Source: Antedon mediterranea
Taxonomy: Eukaryota > Animalia > Echinodermata
Assembly: GCF_964355755.1 (NCBI RefSeq)
Contig: NC_092677.1
Coordinates: 22,555,175-22,619,174 of the forward strand
DNA length: 64,000 bases
Direction: 5' to 3'
Positions 1 through 13,899 of the stretch are shown here, piece after piece (position 1 is the first letter of the stretch; the number at the start of each line of letters is the position of its first letter). Both the position numbers and the translations under genes were made by a program. A model generated the notes under the pieces. It saw only the letters and a program-made list of their open reading frames with translations. It did not search any database and had not been told where the DNA came from.

Positions 1-420
1 ACGTATATTAAATCTATCAAAATAGTATTTTTTAAAGAAAATCGGCCTGTCTTCAACATTATGATACTGTACTCGAGCTGTTCAACCGGTTTTCAGCTAT
101 TAAAAACAATTATCGTAGGAGGAGATAGGAAAATGCGAAGCCTCCTCGCATTTTTGTGGCGGGTATTTTTCAAGATGGACATCCATTAGACAGTGTATAC
201 CACGATCGGAAAACACCCCTATCTGGGGCAAATCGTTGAACCTAAATTCGTTTTAATCGTCAATAACTAATTATCTAACTTAATTTAATTAGTAAACAGG
301 GTTACATCAGGTGGTTAAAATCAGTACCGAAAGTACGAACCAACTTTACATACCATCGAGTAAAAATTCTAAAAGTTAGCCGCGATTTACCGAATTTTGC
401 CCTTACGTAAATTTATATAT
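1..420. repeat. Dispersed repeat, second copy at ~47242-47657
   Basis: Near-identical sequence (acgtatattaaatctatcaaaatagtatt...cttacgtaaatttatatat) recurs in an intron of gene 2; no family assignable. Confidence 0.85.
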
Positions 421-429
421 AGATAATTA

Positions 430-1816
430 TATCACAAAGTTTAACACCCTTAATAATGCACAATATGGTTTCAGAAAAAACAGTTCTACTTTTATGGCCG
501 TTATAGATCTGGTTGAACGAATAACACCATCGGAATATTTATTGATTTGTCAAAAGCGTTTGACACCATCAACCATGATATACTTCTTAAAAAATTGGAA
601 CACTATGGCATAAGAGGCACGGCCTTTAAATGGTTTAGAAACTATATTAGTGGAAGGAAACAATTTACGTCTATTGATAACACAAGTTCGTGTTTGATGG
701 ATATAAATTGCGGTGTACCACAGGGTTCAATTCTGGGGCCTCTACTTTTTATTTTGTACATTAACGATGTATTTAATTGCTCAAACTCGTTATCTTTTGT
801 TTTATTTGCTGACGACACAAACATATCTGCATCTCACGAAAACTTGGATACGCTCATAGAACTAGTTAATGGTGAACTAAAAAATGTTTTGGATTGGTTC
901 ATGTGCAATAAACTATCAATCAACGTTAAAAAAACTAATTACATAATTTTCCGCAATCAGCGAAATCCAAGTAATTTAGAGAATGTAAATATTTATGTCA
1001 ACAATAAAAGAATAGATAGAGTTAAATCGACTAAATTCCTTGGAGTACATATTGATGAATTTCTCACATATAAGAACCACATCAATGTTACAGCTAGGAA
1101 ACTATCTCGATATGTAGGCATACTATATATAGTAAGACAATTTTTACCAACCTATGCTCTCTGGACAATATACAAATCACTCATTGAACCAGTATTAAAT
1201 TATTGCAACATAATATGGTGTAGCACATTTCCAAGTTATCTAGATGAGTTATTTAAACTCCAGAAAAGGGCATTACGAGCTATAACATGGTCAAAGTTTA
1301 ATGATTCAATGACTGAATGTTTCTATAAATTTAAACTTCAATAAGTACCAAATTGGGCTTTTCATGTATAATGTTACTACTAATCAGGACGTGCGTTTTT
1401 CATCGCTCTTTATTAAAAATGGTTCTTACCATAATTATAATACAAGATCTAAAGACAAAATGAGACTCAGAAAACGTAATCGTACTTCTACTAGTTTTAC
1501 TGTGTCATGTGTGGGACCCAAATTGTGGAATGACTTGAATTACGAACTACAAAGTACCAAATCAATATATATATTTAAATCATTGTTTAAAGAACATTTA
1601 TTATCATTTTACAAATAATTTTAAAAATACTTGTTGCAGGATGCTTTTTTATTATTTATGTTTTAGTTTTTTAGGCTAGTTAGGGACATAGGGGGACACA
1701 ACTAATCAAGCTCTTGTTTTTATGTGTTTCCTTTTCATCTTTTTTATGTTCTCATATATTGTTGTTGTATATTTTCATGATTGAGGATGAATAAAGAATA
1801 TTTGAATTTGAATTTG
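430..1816 (+). mobile_element. 5'-truncated non-LTR retrotransposon (CR1/L2-group LINE), RT C-terminal half
   Basis: ORF 547-1344 has SKAFDTINH, GVPQGSILGP, FADDT, KFLGV; continues 1364-1618; tail aataaagaatatttgaatttgaatttg. Confidence 0.9.
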
Positions 1817-2279
1817 TTCTTTATTCGTTGTGTACATGTGCTCTTACTGTAACATGAAATCATGGGATGTCCCAAAGGTAGACTATAGATGGCAGCAGAC
1901 ATATTAAGATGATCATCAACATCTTCCCTTTTAAAAGCAGGCATTAAACCATGCAAGGTCTCAACTAGATCAAAAAACTTATATGAACAATAACAATAAT
2001 AACTCTTACTCTTCCTTTCTCTTAAGTTAACTTAACATGGTAAAGTTTAAAGTTCATTTCTGGATGTATCTAGAATTAGGCCGTGATATTCTTCCAGAGC
2101 GTGTGGTGATTAAACGGTTATTTACATTATTGCGAGTGGGTTGGATGTCATGGTAGTATGGAAAATCTTCTCGATCGGAGGTTGTAGGTGTTATGTTGAG
2201 GCGGTCGTTGCTTTCCGAGACGGGTAATAAATGACGACGGTTACGACGATAGTCACTGCCATTAACATGGACAATATAA
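1817..2279 (-). mobile_element. Gypsy/Ty3 LTR retrotransposon 3' end (pol C-terminus, PPT, start of LTR)
   Basis: YIVHVNGSDYRRNRRHL...TTRSGRISRP typical of Gypsy pol ends; minus-strand purine tract AAAAGGGAAGA followed by TG at ~1921-1933. Confidence 0.7.
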
Positions 2280-5200
2280 TAGTAGAGAGGCCAAATACAC
2301 AAAAGTCCTCTATAAAAAGTTTGGGGGGCATTTTTTGTTAATAGCAGGCAACCATGTTGAATGTATCCTTTGTGGGGTGACAAAAACGATCGGGGTGGAT
2401 GCCATCTTCAGTTTTGGGTTTTAAGGTCAGTTTATGTGGTCAAGAGGTTAAACAAGGTCAAAATATAGGATTTTTTTTTATTCACGGAAAATCATCTACA
2501 TCATCAGATCTATCCAAAAAGGTATATCAACTGATGCTTCATATTATAGTAATTATGAGATAAACATTTAATTTTACACATAAAAACATAGGAAATTAAA
2601 TATAAAAGTGTCATTTTCTCAAAATGTTGTTTTCACATATTTCTGTAAAGTACACACAGTTTTTTAATAGGCTTTTCCCAGTCTGTTGTAAATTTGTCTT
2701 TTTCATGTTGTCCACCAGTCATCGTTTTGATTTTTGTCGGAAAAAATAGGTCAAGTGTTATATGTATGAAACGCCATATGTGCCAAAAGATTGGTCTTTT
2801 ACTATAATATTAATATTACTTATAATAATGTAATACAGTAATATTTAGAAATTTGTTTTTAGAAAAATTATTTATATTACCTATAATAATGTAATAATAT
2901 TTAGAAATTTGTTTTTAGAAAACAGAGACCCCCTATATGGCCTAATGTCGAGATGTTTTTGTTTGGGTCAGAGACCCCCTATAATGTAATTAATTAAACA
3001 TTTTTTTCATTATTTCAATGATACAAGTTTTTATTGAAGTTTGTTGTTTCAAGAAATCTCGAAAGAGAAACCTGGGTATCGAGTTTTTGTTTTCAAAAAC
3101 GCTAACTATTGGACTTTATCAAGGTTGGAAGGAGTGGTAATTGGGGACTTCTTCTTGAGGCCTTCGCAGCTATGCTATCATGGCTGACGGTGATAACAAA
3201 TATAAAACTCCTTAAGTAATTAAGAAGTCCTTTATACACATGGATAAAGACGGTTTTAACGTTATTTACAAACATTACGTTACGTACTGTGTCCAGGAAA
3301 TCCATTTCTCCAAAAAGACACAAACGATTGAAAATTTTCAAAAGATTTCGAGGGTGTAGCCAAGGAAGACTTCCTTCAAATGAGATGCAATCTAAGCAGA
3401 AATACACGAGGACATCAGCTTAGACTTTTTAAACCTAAATTTCACAAAGGACTGAGAGGAGATCCACTTTTTCACAATTATATTTATATATTTTAATAGT
3501 TTGCCAACCAAAGTCGTCATTTCTGAAACCACCAACACTTTTAAAAACTGATTGGATTCGTTGTAGAAATGAGGTTAAAAGGGTAAACAAATGTACCTAT
3601 CTAAACTATCAGAACCAATATTCTAAACACAAACAGTGGATGATTGATCAATTCAAAATAGAATCATTTGTATAACAAGAAACGCTGTAATTCATTGATA
3701 GGTTCTGCATGACATGGTCAGACTTATCACGAATCACACATAATACACAATATTCTTTCGAACTGACAGATGATAAGGAAGATCTTATATTTAAAGTAGC
3801 AACTTATTGAAAGAAAAAAACAGTAGAACTTAGAACTTCATGAGCCACTGAGAAAGCATCGCTCTAAACCTTTGCGGATTTCTATAAGGCAACTGTTTAA
3901 AGTATATAAAAACTGACTGACATCTGCTGATCAACCAATTTTAATATCTTTAACTAAATATGACTTCACATATCATGATGGATGTCGTTGAAATACCTAC
4001 AGATGTTCCAGAAGAAAACTTACAGTAAAAACATGATGGTCATGCACTATAGGATGCAGTAAACATGGCTGTAAACATTTGGTGACTATGCAAGTATTCA
4101 TGCAAGTTACCTAGATATTTTGTTGTATTTGATCATTACATTGGAAAGGGGTGGATAAAAGCAGTGACACGATTGAAAGGATAGTCCCAATGTACTAATC
4201 TGTACTTCCGTATGTGTTTTGGGCCACACTCGGTTTGGAGGAGAACAAATATCACAAAGTTTTTAGACATTCTTTATGTTAATAACAAAGAGCTTGCAAT
4301 TATACATGAAAGCTGATGTTAATTAATGATATGCACTTTGTAATAGTAGCCTTCAAAAGTATGGACGATGTTTGGTATAGTGAACAATAAAGTGGTTGAA
4401 AACCTATTAAGAATAATCTAACCAGCTTCCATGCCATTACAGGTTGCAGCACGTCATTATTTGCTGGTTATGGGAAGAGGTCATACTGGAAATCATTTGT
4501 AACGCATCCACTCCTTGTAAATGGAATTGATTAAGATTAAGACTTTCCACGTACAGTGTACACTAAAGTTTAATATTGCCAAATATATGGTACTCTTGAG
4601 CAGATAACTGTATAATAACAGACTACTCTTTGGTGCTACCTCCAACTAGACTCAGTGACCATATACCATTAACACTAGTGATATATATTTCCCTTAAATA
4701 TTAAGTATTTCACTTCACTCAATAAATATTTAAGTACCTGTATTTCTACTTCGGGAAACACTTAAAATTAAAAAAACTCACCTATGGTGAATACAGACAC
4801 CATAGAACCTAAACATACGAGCCAACTATCAGGCAGAGATCAGTATGTGGCCTAAATGAATCGGGTCGTTTGGAAGCCCCTAACCCAGTTGTCAGTTTGG
4901 AACTTGTTACATGTGTATTATATGTAAACTAAAGAGCCGATGAAGTTGTTACAGAAAGCATGCATATGTGGTTGTGATTCAATCGTTTGCCGTTACCCAG
5001 ATGGCCAGTAGGCATTATATATCAGTGCTTGAAGAAATACCCACCTCAGAGCATTACCTCCTTCCATCCCAGAAAAATTTCGAATATTGGCATGTGCCCA
5101 TGCCGCCCATTACTCCCAACCCACAAACGCTCTGTGACCGTTTTTAAATGAAATTTAAGACATTCCAGTAGGCCTCCAATTTCGTTTTTTTTTTATACTT

Positions 5201-5701
5201 TAGGACTCATCCTCTCAATTCCTTAAACACCTTCCAGGAGTGACTCAAAAAGTTTAAAATCTTCCCAGTACAATTCTGGTCTTTTTGACACCACACTATA
5301 ACCATCAGCCCCAGGCTATCATGAAAATTATATTTATTTCAATTATTAATACCGATAATTAACAGGTATGTGCTCTATTTGACCTTATGACCTTGAAAAT
5401 GACCTTTAAACTTTTAAGTTGAAAAATTGATGAACTTCACCATCTACAGCAATATGTCAATAATGATCCAATAATGGTTACATTTCTTTTAATTAGCTTA
5501 TATGTTGTTGAAAACAGCTTAAACCTCTATTTCACCATATTTGACCTTATAACCTTGAAAATGACCTTTGACCTGAAATTTGAGAGCGACATCCACCCCT
5601 ATCTTTTTTGTCATCCCATAAGGGATATATTCCACATGGTTGCCTGCTATTAACAGAAAATGCCCCCCATGATGAAAAAGCTCACATTGGCCGCCCTACT
5701 A
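2280..5701. mobile_element. Decayed TIR DNA transposon, Academ-like
   Basis: Imperfect TIRs of >100 bp beginning TAGTAG(A/G)G; 3-bp TSD TAA (2277-2279, 5702-5704); removal restores the Gypsy frame PRSYIVHVNG; TAG termini and 3-bp TSD fit Academ. Confidence 0.75.
3100..3570 (+). mobile_element. Degenerate CR1-like LINE 3' fragment inside the Academ-like element
   Basis: Frameshifted remnants resembling a CR1 RT C-terminus (TRGH-like at ~3405, N.LP..VV-like at ~3495). Confidence 0.4.
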
Positions 5702-6105
5702 TAAGATCGTGGGTGGTTTGTGTTACGAACTATAGTACCAATCTTGTTGTGGCCAGCTTTCGTTTGGATGCGTACTGTTTCATTTGGGTTGAGAGGTCAA
5801 AGAGATTTTGCGTGCTTATCATAAGACTTCTTTGTTATGGTATGACGGTGGTTTAGAGAGTTTGTAACATTAGTAATAACTTGTGTGTTGCGGTTGAAGT
5901 TGGTATTGGAGTTTGAAGTCTTCGCGACATGAGACGTTGAGCTGGTGATCCTAAACTGGGGGTGGTTGGTATGTTGCGAATATTTAATAAGTTTTTGTAT
6001 AAATCGGAGCTTTCGCGTTTGGTTTTCTGAAGAAGTATTTTTGCACGTTTGACAGCGCTTTTCGCTAATCCATTTGATTGTGGAAAGGTTGAACTGCTGG
6101 TGATA
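5702..6105 (-). mobile_element. Gypsy integrase fragment
   Basis: ITSSSTFPQSNGLAKSAVK...LLNIRNIP...SPAQRLMSRRLQT integrase core end; contiguous with 2054-2279 once the Academ-like insert is removed. Confidence 0.85.
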
Positions 6106-8023
6106 CAGGGGTAGAATTTCCTCAAAATGCTCCATCAGCAAATAGTTGCTGTGGGCCATGGCTTTACTACAGCAATTTATTTTTCTTCCATCGATCGATG
6201 CATAATTGGCATGATTCATGATTTTGCGCCATTACAACAATAAATAAATAAAAAATACTACTGATTCATTCATAAAGCTTTTTATTCAACTCTGTTTAAT
6301 TACAAAACAATGACACTAAGTGTTGAATCATGTTTTAACACTTATTATCTACTAAATCACTTATCAAAACCTTTTCAATATGACTGACTTTAGAATAAAA
6401 ATTATTATTTAAGAAAAATAAAAGGGAAAGAAATAAAGCATACATACTAAATTATGATTTAATGCTTAATGTTAAACCAACTTGTGTACAAAACAAATAG
6501 CTAAGTAGTCTTTAAAATCTGTTTGTTATAACTATGTTTTTTTAATCATGTTACAACTACAATTAATATTACTATTATTTACTCATCATGGGATTCTCTG
6601 CCACTGTCCACTTCATCATAGGCTACAATGTCAGACTGAGATTCAGAAATGATGTCGTCTATCTCAACATCATCTATAACATCATCAACTTTGGCCCTTG
6701 GTCCCTCCATCTCTCAACTACTGGTGCTGCATCAAACTTCATTGGATCTACACCCTCACTAGTAATACGCAAAAGAGCCTCTACTGTAGTTGCCTTCAAC
6801 ACGAGTCGCCAATCTCCTAGGATGCGTTTAATAGCTGAAAAAGTTCTTTCTACATTGGATGTTGAAATTGGGATAGCCATGATTATTACTACAAGATGTA
6901 GTAGGTCATTATATCGATCCCTCTTTTTTCTTATGATCATTTGCCAAAATGATGTGAATGTTGTAATGTATTTGTTGAGGGTGGCATCTAGTTTCAAATT
7001 GTTGAATTGAACAAGGACGTTGTCAATATTGCAGCCATTCATGATTAAGGAATGTCTGTAATTTTCCACTAACAAATTCACTTCATCTGCTCCATACAAA
7101 TGAAGGGCATCAATATCTTCTTCTTGCCAATTAGTAGGTTCAAATACTAACATTGCACCAAGCTCCTTTGAAGAAACAAGGTTATCAAACCGTTCACTCA
7201 AACATTGTTTGATGGTGGTGTATGTACCTTTCATGTCATGCAAACTTGGAACTTGAGCAAGAGCCAGCTGCTCATCATCTTCATCATCGGAAGGGGTCTG
7301 ACCTCCTAGCAGTCTTAATTGGATGTCAGTTTTGTTGCACAATGCATTCATCTCTGCCATGCATGACATAACCTCCACCTTTACCTCACCAACAGTTCTC
7401 CCGGTCTTCTGAAGGGATAGAGATAATCTAGCAAGGATTCGTAAAATTACGGCATAGAGATGAATGTACACTTTAAACTTTTCAGACTTTAAAGTCTTTA
7501 AATAACCCTTTATTCGGTTCTGGTCATCACCTCTGATATCACGTCTCTGTCCTGAAGCCTGATCTTCTAAATGCACAGTTATAGCATGTATGTTGCGCAT
7601 CATGGCCTCTGTTGCTGCAAGCCTAAATAAAGTTAAAGTACAGTACGTTGTTTTGGTTTTCAAATGAATCAATATATTACAGTATGTTGTTGTAGTTTGT
7701 ATTTTTGTTATCAAGACAAATACAATACTGATGGAATAGAGAAAGTGGTGAGCCTGACTGAATTACATCAAGATACTAGACTACCCACATTAAAAAACAA
7801 ACAGCGACTGGTTAATGATCATGTAACTGTGTTTATTTGGGTACAATTGGAATACAATTTGTAATTCAATGTCCTACCTGTGAGCAATCCACCGTGTTCC
7901 AGATGCCTTTGGTGGCTTTACTACCGTCTTCTCAATCCTCCTTCCTATTTCCCTCAACTCCCTTAGTCTTTTTGGTGAATTACGATACAAATAGTGTATC
8001 CTCATTAAATGTTCATCAATGAC
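6106..8023 (-). pseudogene. 3' half of a ZNF862-like hAT transposase with probable element end at 6106
   Basis: Exons 8023-7878 (YLYRNSPKRLREL...GTRWIAHR) and 7622-6674 (SNVERTFSAIKRI...LLRI, hAT dimerisation domain), matching phase-2 GT-AG intron; CAGGGGTAGAA terminus at 6106 exactly where Gypsy homology stops. Confidence 0.85.
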
Positions 8024-10789
8024 CTGAAAAAATAATAAATAACTACTACTACAATAACAATAATACACACTCTAAATCAAGATGTGAATGATCTAGGCCT
8101 GTGAGTTTGATGTGTTGCTCGTACTGACCGCTTTAATTCACGATTTCGGGTCCATGTAAGACCGAGGTTCGTCTTCAATGAAAGCAAGTCGCCTGTTGGT
8201 AGTTTTATAGGCTTGCGGAGAAGTTGCTTTAGCTCTTCTGGCAGTCTTCTGACTTCATCCGTCATTTGAAACATTGACTCACCACCACTGACCACATCTC
8301 GTACTACCTCAACTAATTTTGTACGATTTCGTACTGTCCTCTGACCAGCAAGTGATGAATCAACTCTGGCCTTCGGTATTATAATAGTTTGTAGTGTCTT
8401 AAATAAAATATAATAATTGTTTTGATTGATCTTTTTATAGTTTCTTTTAACACTTTGTTCATACACTAATATTGTTCATTATGTTTTATTTTAATTATGT
8501 AATTTTTTATATAGACTTACTTGATTCTAATAACTCTAATAGGCAATTCTTTAATGTTGACACATTTTAAGCTACTGTTTACTGTAATAAATTACCTTTC
8601 CTTTAAATGTGAAGTCTGCCGTGCGTTTCTTTGAGCTTTCTATCTTGGCTTTTATAATATGAGTTGTGTAACTGGTTGGTTTGGTGGATGGTGCAAAATG
8701 TCTTGGATTAAGTTATTGTTGTGTAAGTCTGTTGGTGTTGGCATGATATGTGGTGAAGTAGAACATGTAGGTGAAGCCAATTGTAATCATGGTCAGAAAC
8801 ACAAACATGGGTAGACGCATCTTTACATTCAACTACAGTTCGACAACATTTACAAGTCACATTTAAAGACAGATAACATTGAGCAAATATTAGTTGTACA
8901 GCAGTAATAGATGAAAAATGGACAGGAATGTTACAAACACAACACTGAACTGTGTCAGTATCCTCATAAAGAGGCTGAACACAGGTCTTACATGTAATGT
9001 GTTGACATGGAGGGACAACAGGACACTGACAAAGAAGTTTACAAATATTACATTTAAAAGAATTCATAGAATTACTTGGCACAAATGATGATGGTACTGG
9101 GGTGAGAATGGGTGGATGTAAGTTACTGAAATGTTTTGTGATGTTTTGTTTATGGCGCAATGTCTGTATGTAAATGGAAGAACCGAGGCCACGCTTCTTT
9201 TTGGGGGGTCTTCCTCCCTTTTTTTGTTCCTCAAACAAACCACACGCTTCACACGATGTTCGTTTGTGTGGTACCCACTTCAGGGGTGGCGCCAGGATCT
9301 TCCCGACGCGGGGGCTACATTCCCCGACGAGGGGGCTATGCGAGCGAAGCGAGCATCACTAGGCTGGGGGACAGGGGGCCGCCAAGGGCCCCCGGTGGGG
9401 TTCCAGGGGGCGAAGCCCCCGTAAGCAACGCGTTCTAGCGTCATTTGAGGTCATTTTAATCAGATTGAGGGTAGCCATTTTTTCCATTTGTTATAATGCA
9501 TAAATAAAATACTGCGTGCAAAAAAACGATGCGCGATGACTGTTTCAATCCATATTTTTCAATTTAAAAAATAAAAGTTCAAAGAAAATTTTGAAAAATA
9601 GAGTTGGAGGTCCCTGAAATTGGACTTATTATACTTCAAAACATGAAACAAAATATATCAAGTCCCTATCAAGAGGTTGTGACTGAGCTAAGAAATGTTT
9701 GAAAAATAGAGATGTTAGGTCCCGGAAAATGCACTTTTTATACTTCGAAATATGACCAGCTTTATTGTTGGGGCTGAGCTAAGAAACTGTTTAAAACTAG
9801 AGCTGCAGGTCTTCAAAAAATTGCATTTTATACTTCGGTAACATCAGGCCTAGAGGCTTAAAAAACGCAAGCGTAGACCTTTTTCAGTCGGGGAAATAAG
9901 TTTATTCCTCCCAAGTGTATGCGTGCGTACCATCTGGACTTCCGAGTGGTGAGAAATTCATGACATACAGGACATTGAAAATGTAATAACTTAGCTATAA
10001 TAAGATGTTGGCTAAGCGAAAATGGCATGTTTTTTTGTTTAGTAATGGATGAAAAATTTATTTTAGGTGCCCCACGGTACTTACTTACTTGTAAATTAAA
10101 AAAATTGGTGAACATACGAACAATTAACGTAATTCGTTTTTGCTGTAGTGTAGCGTACGTCGACGCAGTACACGACGTAACCGTCGGTAAACTTCGCCTG
10201 GAAAACATAGTTGCCATTTCTGGCATTATTATGCTTTTTGGCATTATTTGGAGGCCCACGGCATCTGGCATAATGCCGCGGCATTATTTAGCCGTTTTTA
10301 GCATAATCTGGCATAATTTTGTGTTTTTTGAACAACCAAAAAAATAATATTACCACAGAACAAAAATAAAATATTTTGTTAATACATATCACCTTACACA
10401 ATATCATATCGTAAAAACAGATCTGTTCGGGTTTTCCGTACAATAGTTCTTCCATCCTTTCGTTTCGGACTTCATCGACTCTTCGGATAGGAAGGCTGCT
10501 CGAAAACTACCGTGTGTGCGATATAGGCAGCACAACAAATCCGAAGAGGCTAGCTATTGGCCAATTATGTTGCTCTATTTCAGAGACCATGCAGGTTATT
10601 GGATCCCCAGATATAGAGACGATTGAACGAAAACATTATGAAAGGGGTTTTGTTTTTTCAGTTCATAATCATAAGTGGCCACACCCCTACCCCAACCCTT
10701 AAAATGGCAATTTCCGGTAACTAGAAGCTCTAATTTTAAAAAGAATTTCTTCTAGAGAATTTATTTTCCATATTTCAAATTATGTTCCA

Positions 10790-11930
10790 TTTGCATCGTC
10801 GTAGCAACCCTATATTTCCAAATGTTCTTCACCTCTCAGTGACCATGATGGGGCGAGGTCCTAGGGACTCTTATACATTTTTATAAAATTAAGTGCAATT
10901 TCCGGCCATCTAGCAGCTCTATTTTTTCAATTTGTTTTACCTCAGCCCCAACCATGGTGGGTCTGAGGTCCTGGAAACACTTAATATATATTTTTATTTC
11001 CTATTTTAAATTATAATTGGCACTTTCAAAACTATCGTGGGCTAAGATCCTGGAGGTACTAATAAATATATTTTTATTTCACATTTGAAATTAAGTGCCA
11101 TTTCCGGCCATTGAGTGAGCAGCTCTATTTTTTTCATATTTTCTTAACTCAGTCCCAACCATGGTGGGGTTGAGGTCCTGGAGACACAATTAATATATAT
11201 TTTGATTTCCTATTTTAAATTATAATTGCCATTTTCAAACTATGGTGGGCTAAGATCATGGAGACACTAATAAATATATTTTGATTTCATATTTTAAATT
11301 AAGTGCCATTTCCGGCCATCTAGCAGCTCTATTTTTCCAATTTGTTTTACCTCAGCCCCAACCATGGTGGGGCTGAGGTCCTGGAAACACTTAATATATT
11401 TGTTTATTTCCTATTTTAAATTATAATTGGCACTTTCAAAACTATCATGGGCTAAGATCCTGGAGGTACTAATAAATATATTTTTATTTTATATTTGAAA
11501 TTAAGTGCCATTTCCGACCATTGAGCAGCTCTATTTTTTTTCATATTTTCTTACCTCAGCCCCAACCATGGTGGGGTCGAGGTCCTGGAGACACAATTAA
11601 TATATATTTTGATTTCCTATTTTAAATTATAATTTCCATTTTCGAACTATGGTTGGCTAAGATCATGGAGACACTAATAAATATATTTTTTTTTCATATT
11701 TTAAATTAAGTGCCATTTCCGGCCATCGAGTAGGTATTTGTCCAAATTTTCTTATCAACCATGGTGGGGCTGAGGTCCTGGAGACACTCAAAATAATTTT
11801 TTTTATTTCCTATTTTAAATTATAATTGCTATTTTCTAATTATGGTGGGCTAAGATCTTTTCATATTTGAAATTAAGTGCAAAGATCCCGGCCATCGAGC
11901 AGCTCTCATATTTCAGTTCAAAAATTATAA
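10790..11930. repeat. Internal ~200-bp tandem repeat array
   Basis: About five diverged units containing ccatggtggg..gaggtcctgg and aagtgccatttccggccatc. Confidence 0.85.
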
Positions 11931-11949
11931 ATTTCCATGGCTGCGTAAC

Positions 11950-13571
11950 CGTATCCGGATATTCACCCCCTGGACATTTATCCCCCGGACAACTACCCCC
12001 CGGACAACCACCACCTGGACCACTACCCCCTTAGGACAACTACCCCTTTAGGACAACTACCCCCCGGACAAATACACCCCGGACAACTACCCCCTTAGGA
12101 CAACAACCCCCTTAGGACAACAACCCCCTTAGGACAACTACCCCCCGGACAATTACCCCCTAGGAACAATTACCCCCGGACAATTACCCCCCGGACAATT
12201 ACCACCCAGAAAACTATCCCTTTAGAACACCCTAACCACCCAGACCATTCAACAACCTGACTCTGCAACAGTGTATAATAGGAATTAATAACTATATTTT
12301 AATTCGTTACTTTGACGAATTACTATTCATTATTGTAAACAAAAGTAAAAGATTGAACATAAATATAGCCTGGTATAAACTGAAGATTGTCACACATGAT
12401 CATAGGATAGTCGAACGTATTATATAGTACTAATAATTTTTGCGTCAGGACAATGCTTCGATAACCACTGGTCTTAAAAGAATTAATTTTTGTCTCAAAT
12501 TTGTCATATATGTATTTTTGTACACTTGAAGAATAATATGACTTTTGATATTTGACCTCAATGTTCACTCACCGAATAAACGTCGATCTTTAAATAAATT
12601 CCCCTGAAATAAACGGTGACCATGTCACTCCCATGAAACATCATATGGAATAATCGGCGTCTATTTCCATTAGATTATACCCCCTCCCATTGAATAAACA
12701 ACTTTCTTCCAATAAATGTCCACCTAAAAACCACCTAAACAATAAACAGCCCATGCCGTTTTTTCAATAAATACGGTACTTTAAATCTAGCACATCTAGG
12801 GTCTAGCGTGCTGTTAAACAGAATAATCGGTTAAAAACGGGTGTTTTGAAACTAGAGACCCGAGACCAGAGACCAGAGACCCGAGACCCAATACGAAAAG
12901 GGAGACCTAAATATACGAAAAGGGAGACCCACGTACGAAAAGGGAGACCCCATTATACGAAAAGGGAGACCCCACTATACGAAAAGGGAGACCCCACTAT
13001 ACGAAAAGGGAGACCCCACTATACGAAAAGGGAGACCCTAATATACGAAAAGGGAGACCTAAATATACGAAAAGGGAGACCCAATTATACGAAAGGGAGA
13101 CCCAAATATACAAAATGGGAGACCCAAATATACGAAAAGGGAGACCCACTATAAGAAAAGGGAGACCCACTATAAGAAAAGGGAGACCCCACTATACGAA
13201 AAGAGAGACCACACTATACGAAAAGGGAGACCCAAATATAGGTCTCCCTTTTCGTATTGGGTCTCGTGTCAGGTCTCTGGTCTCGGGGGTCTAGTTTCGA
13301 AACACCCGTTAAAAACAGATGATTTCATTTTTACAGAAACCGGTCCTATATATTTGTCTACTTTTGGATGGGGGGGGGGGGGTAGTTGACCGGGGGGTAG
13401 TTACCCGGGGGGTGGTTGTCCTAAGGGGGTGGTTGTCCGGGGGGTTGTTATCCTAAGGGGGTAGTTGTCCTAAGGGGGTAGTTGTCCGGGGGGTAGTTGT
13501 CCTAAGGGGGTAGTTGTCCGGGTGGTAAACATCCGGGGGGTAACTGTTTAGGGGGTAGGTGTCCTAGAACC
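11950..13571. mobile_element. Foldback/MULE-type element with minisatellite arms
   Basis: (GGACAACTACCCCCC)n left arm and its reverse complement as right arm; imperfect 9-bp flanks ctgcgtaac/ctatgtaac; same family inverted at 54110-55479. Confidence 0.8.
12839..13307. mobile_element. MULE-type MITE with internal 22-23-bp tandem repeat
   Basis: TIR GGGTGTTTyGAAACTAGA; perfect 9-bp TSD GTTAAAAAC at 12830-12838 and 13308-13316; internal (TATACGAAAAGGGAGACCC..)n. Confidence 0.9.
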
Positions 13572-13899
13572 CTATGTAACAGGTTTTTTTTTTTTTTGGG
13601 TGGGGTAGGGGGGTGGGGGTTGGTGTTGGTGTCATTTGCAATTACCATTTTCGCACCCCAGATATTTAGAATTATTATTTATTACTCACAAAACTAAAAA
13701 TATAAATTTTGTACGACATGGGGATACAATTTTAGGCCCTATTTTGTGTCAGTTGGGGTTTTACAAACGTTTATTAGACATAAAACCGTTGGTGGCGCTG
13801 TTTAGGGCCACATTTTGGGGATCTGGCATTATTTTTCCCAATCTGGCATTATTTGAGACAGGATACGGCATAATTTAAATTTTATTGCTGGCAACGCTG

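Larger units (their letters stand above)
10206..13899. mobile_element. Second non-autonomous hAT element nested in family A
   Basis: TIRs CA(TA/GC)GTTGCCA; 8-bp TSD CTGGAAAA at 10198-10205 and 13900-13907; subterminal GGCATTATT repeats. Confidence 0.88.

Noticed and set aside
9131-9438. GC-rich short ORFs here and at 14352-14603 and 15214-15605
   Set aside because: Incidental frames through transposon termini
12846-13154. Repetitive Lys/Arg-rich ORF, also superficially CRISPR-like
   Set aside because: Translation of the tandem repeat inside a MITE with TIRs and a 9-bp TSD
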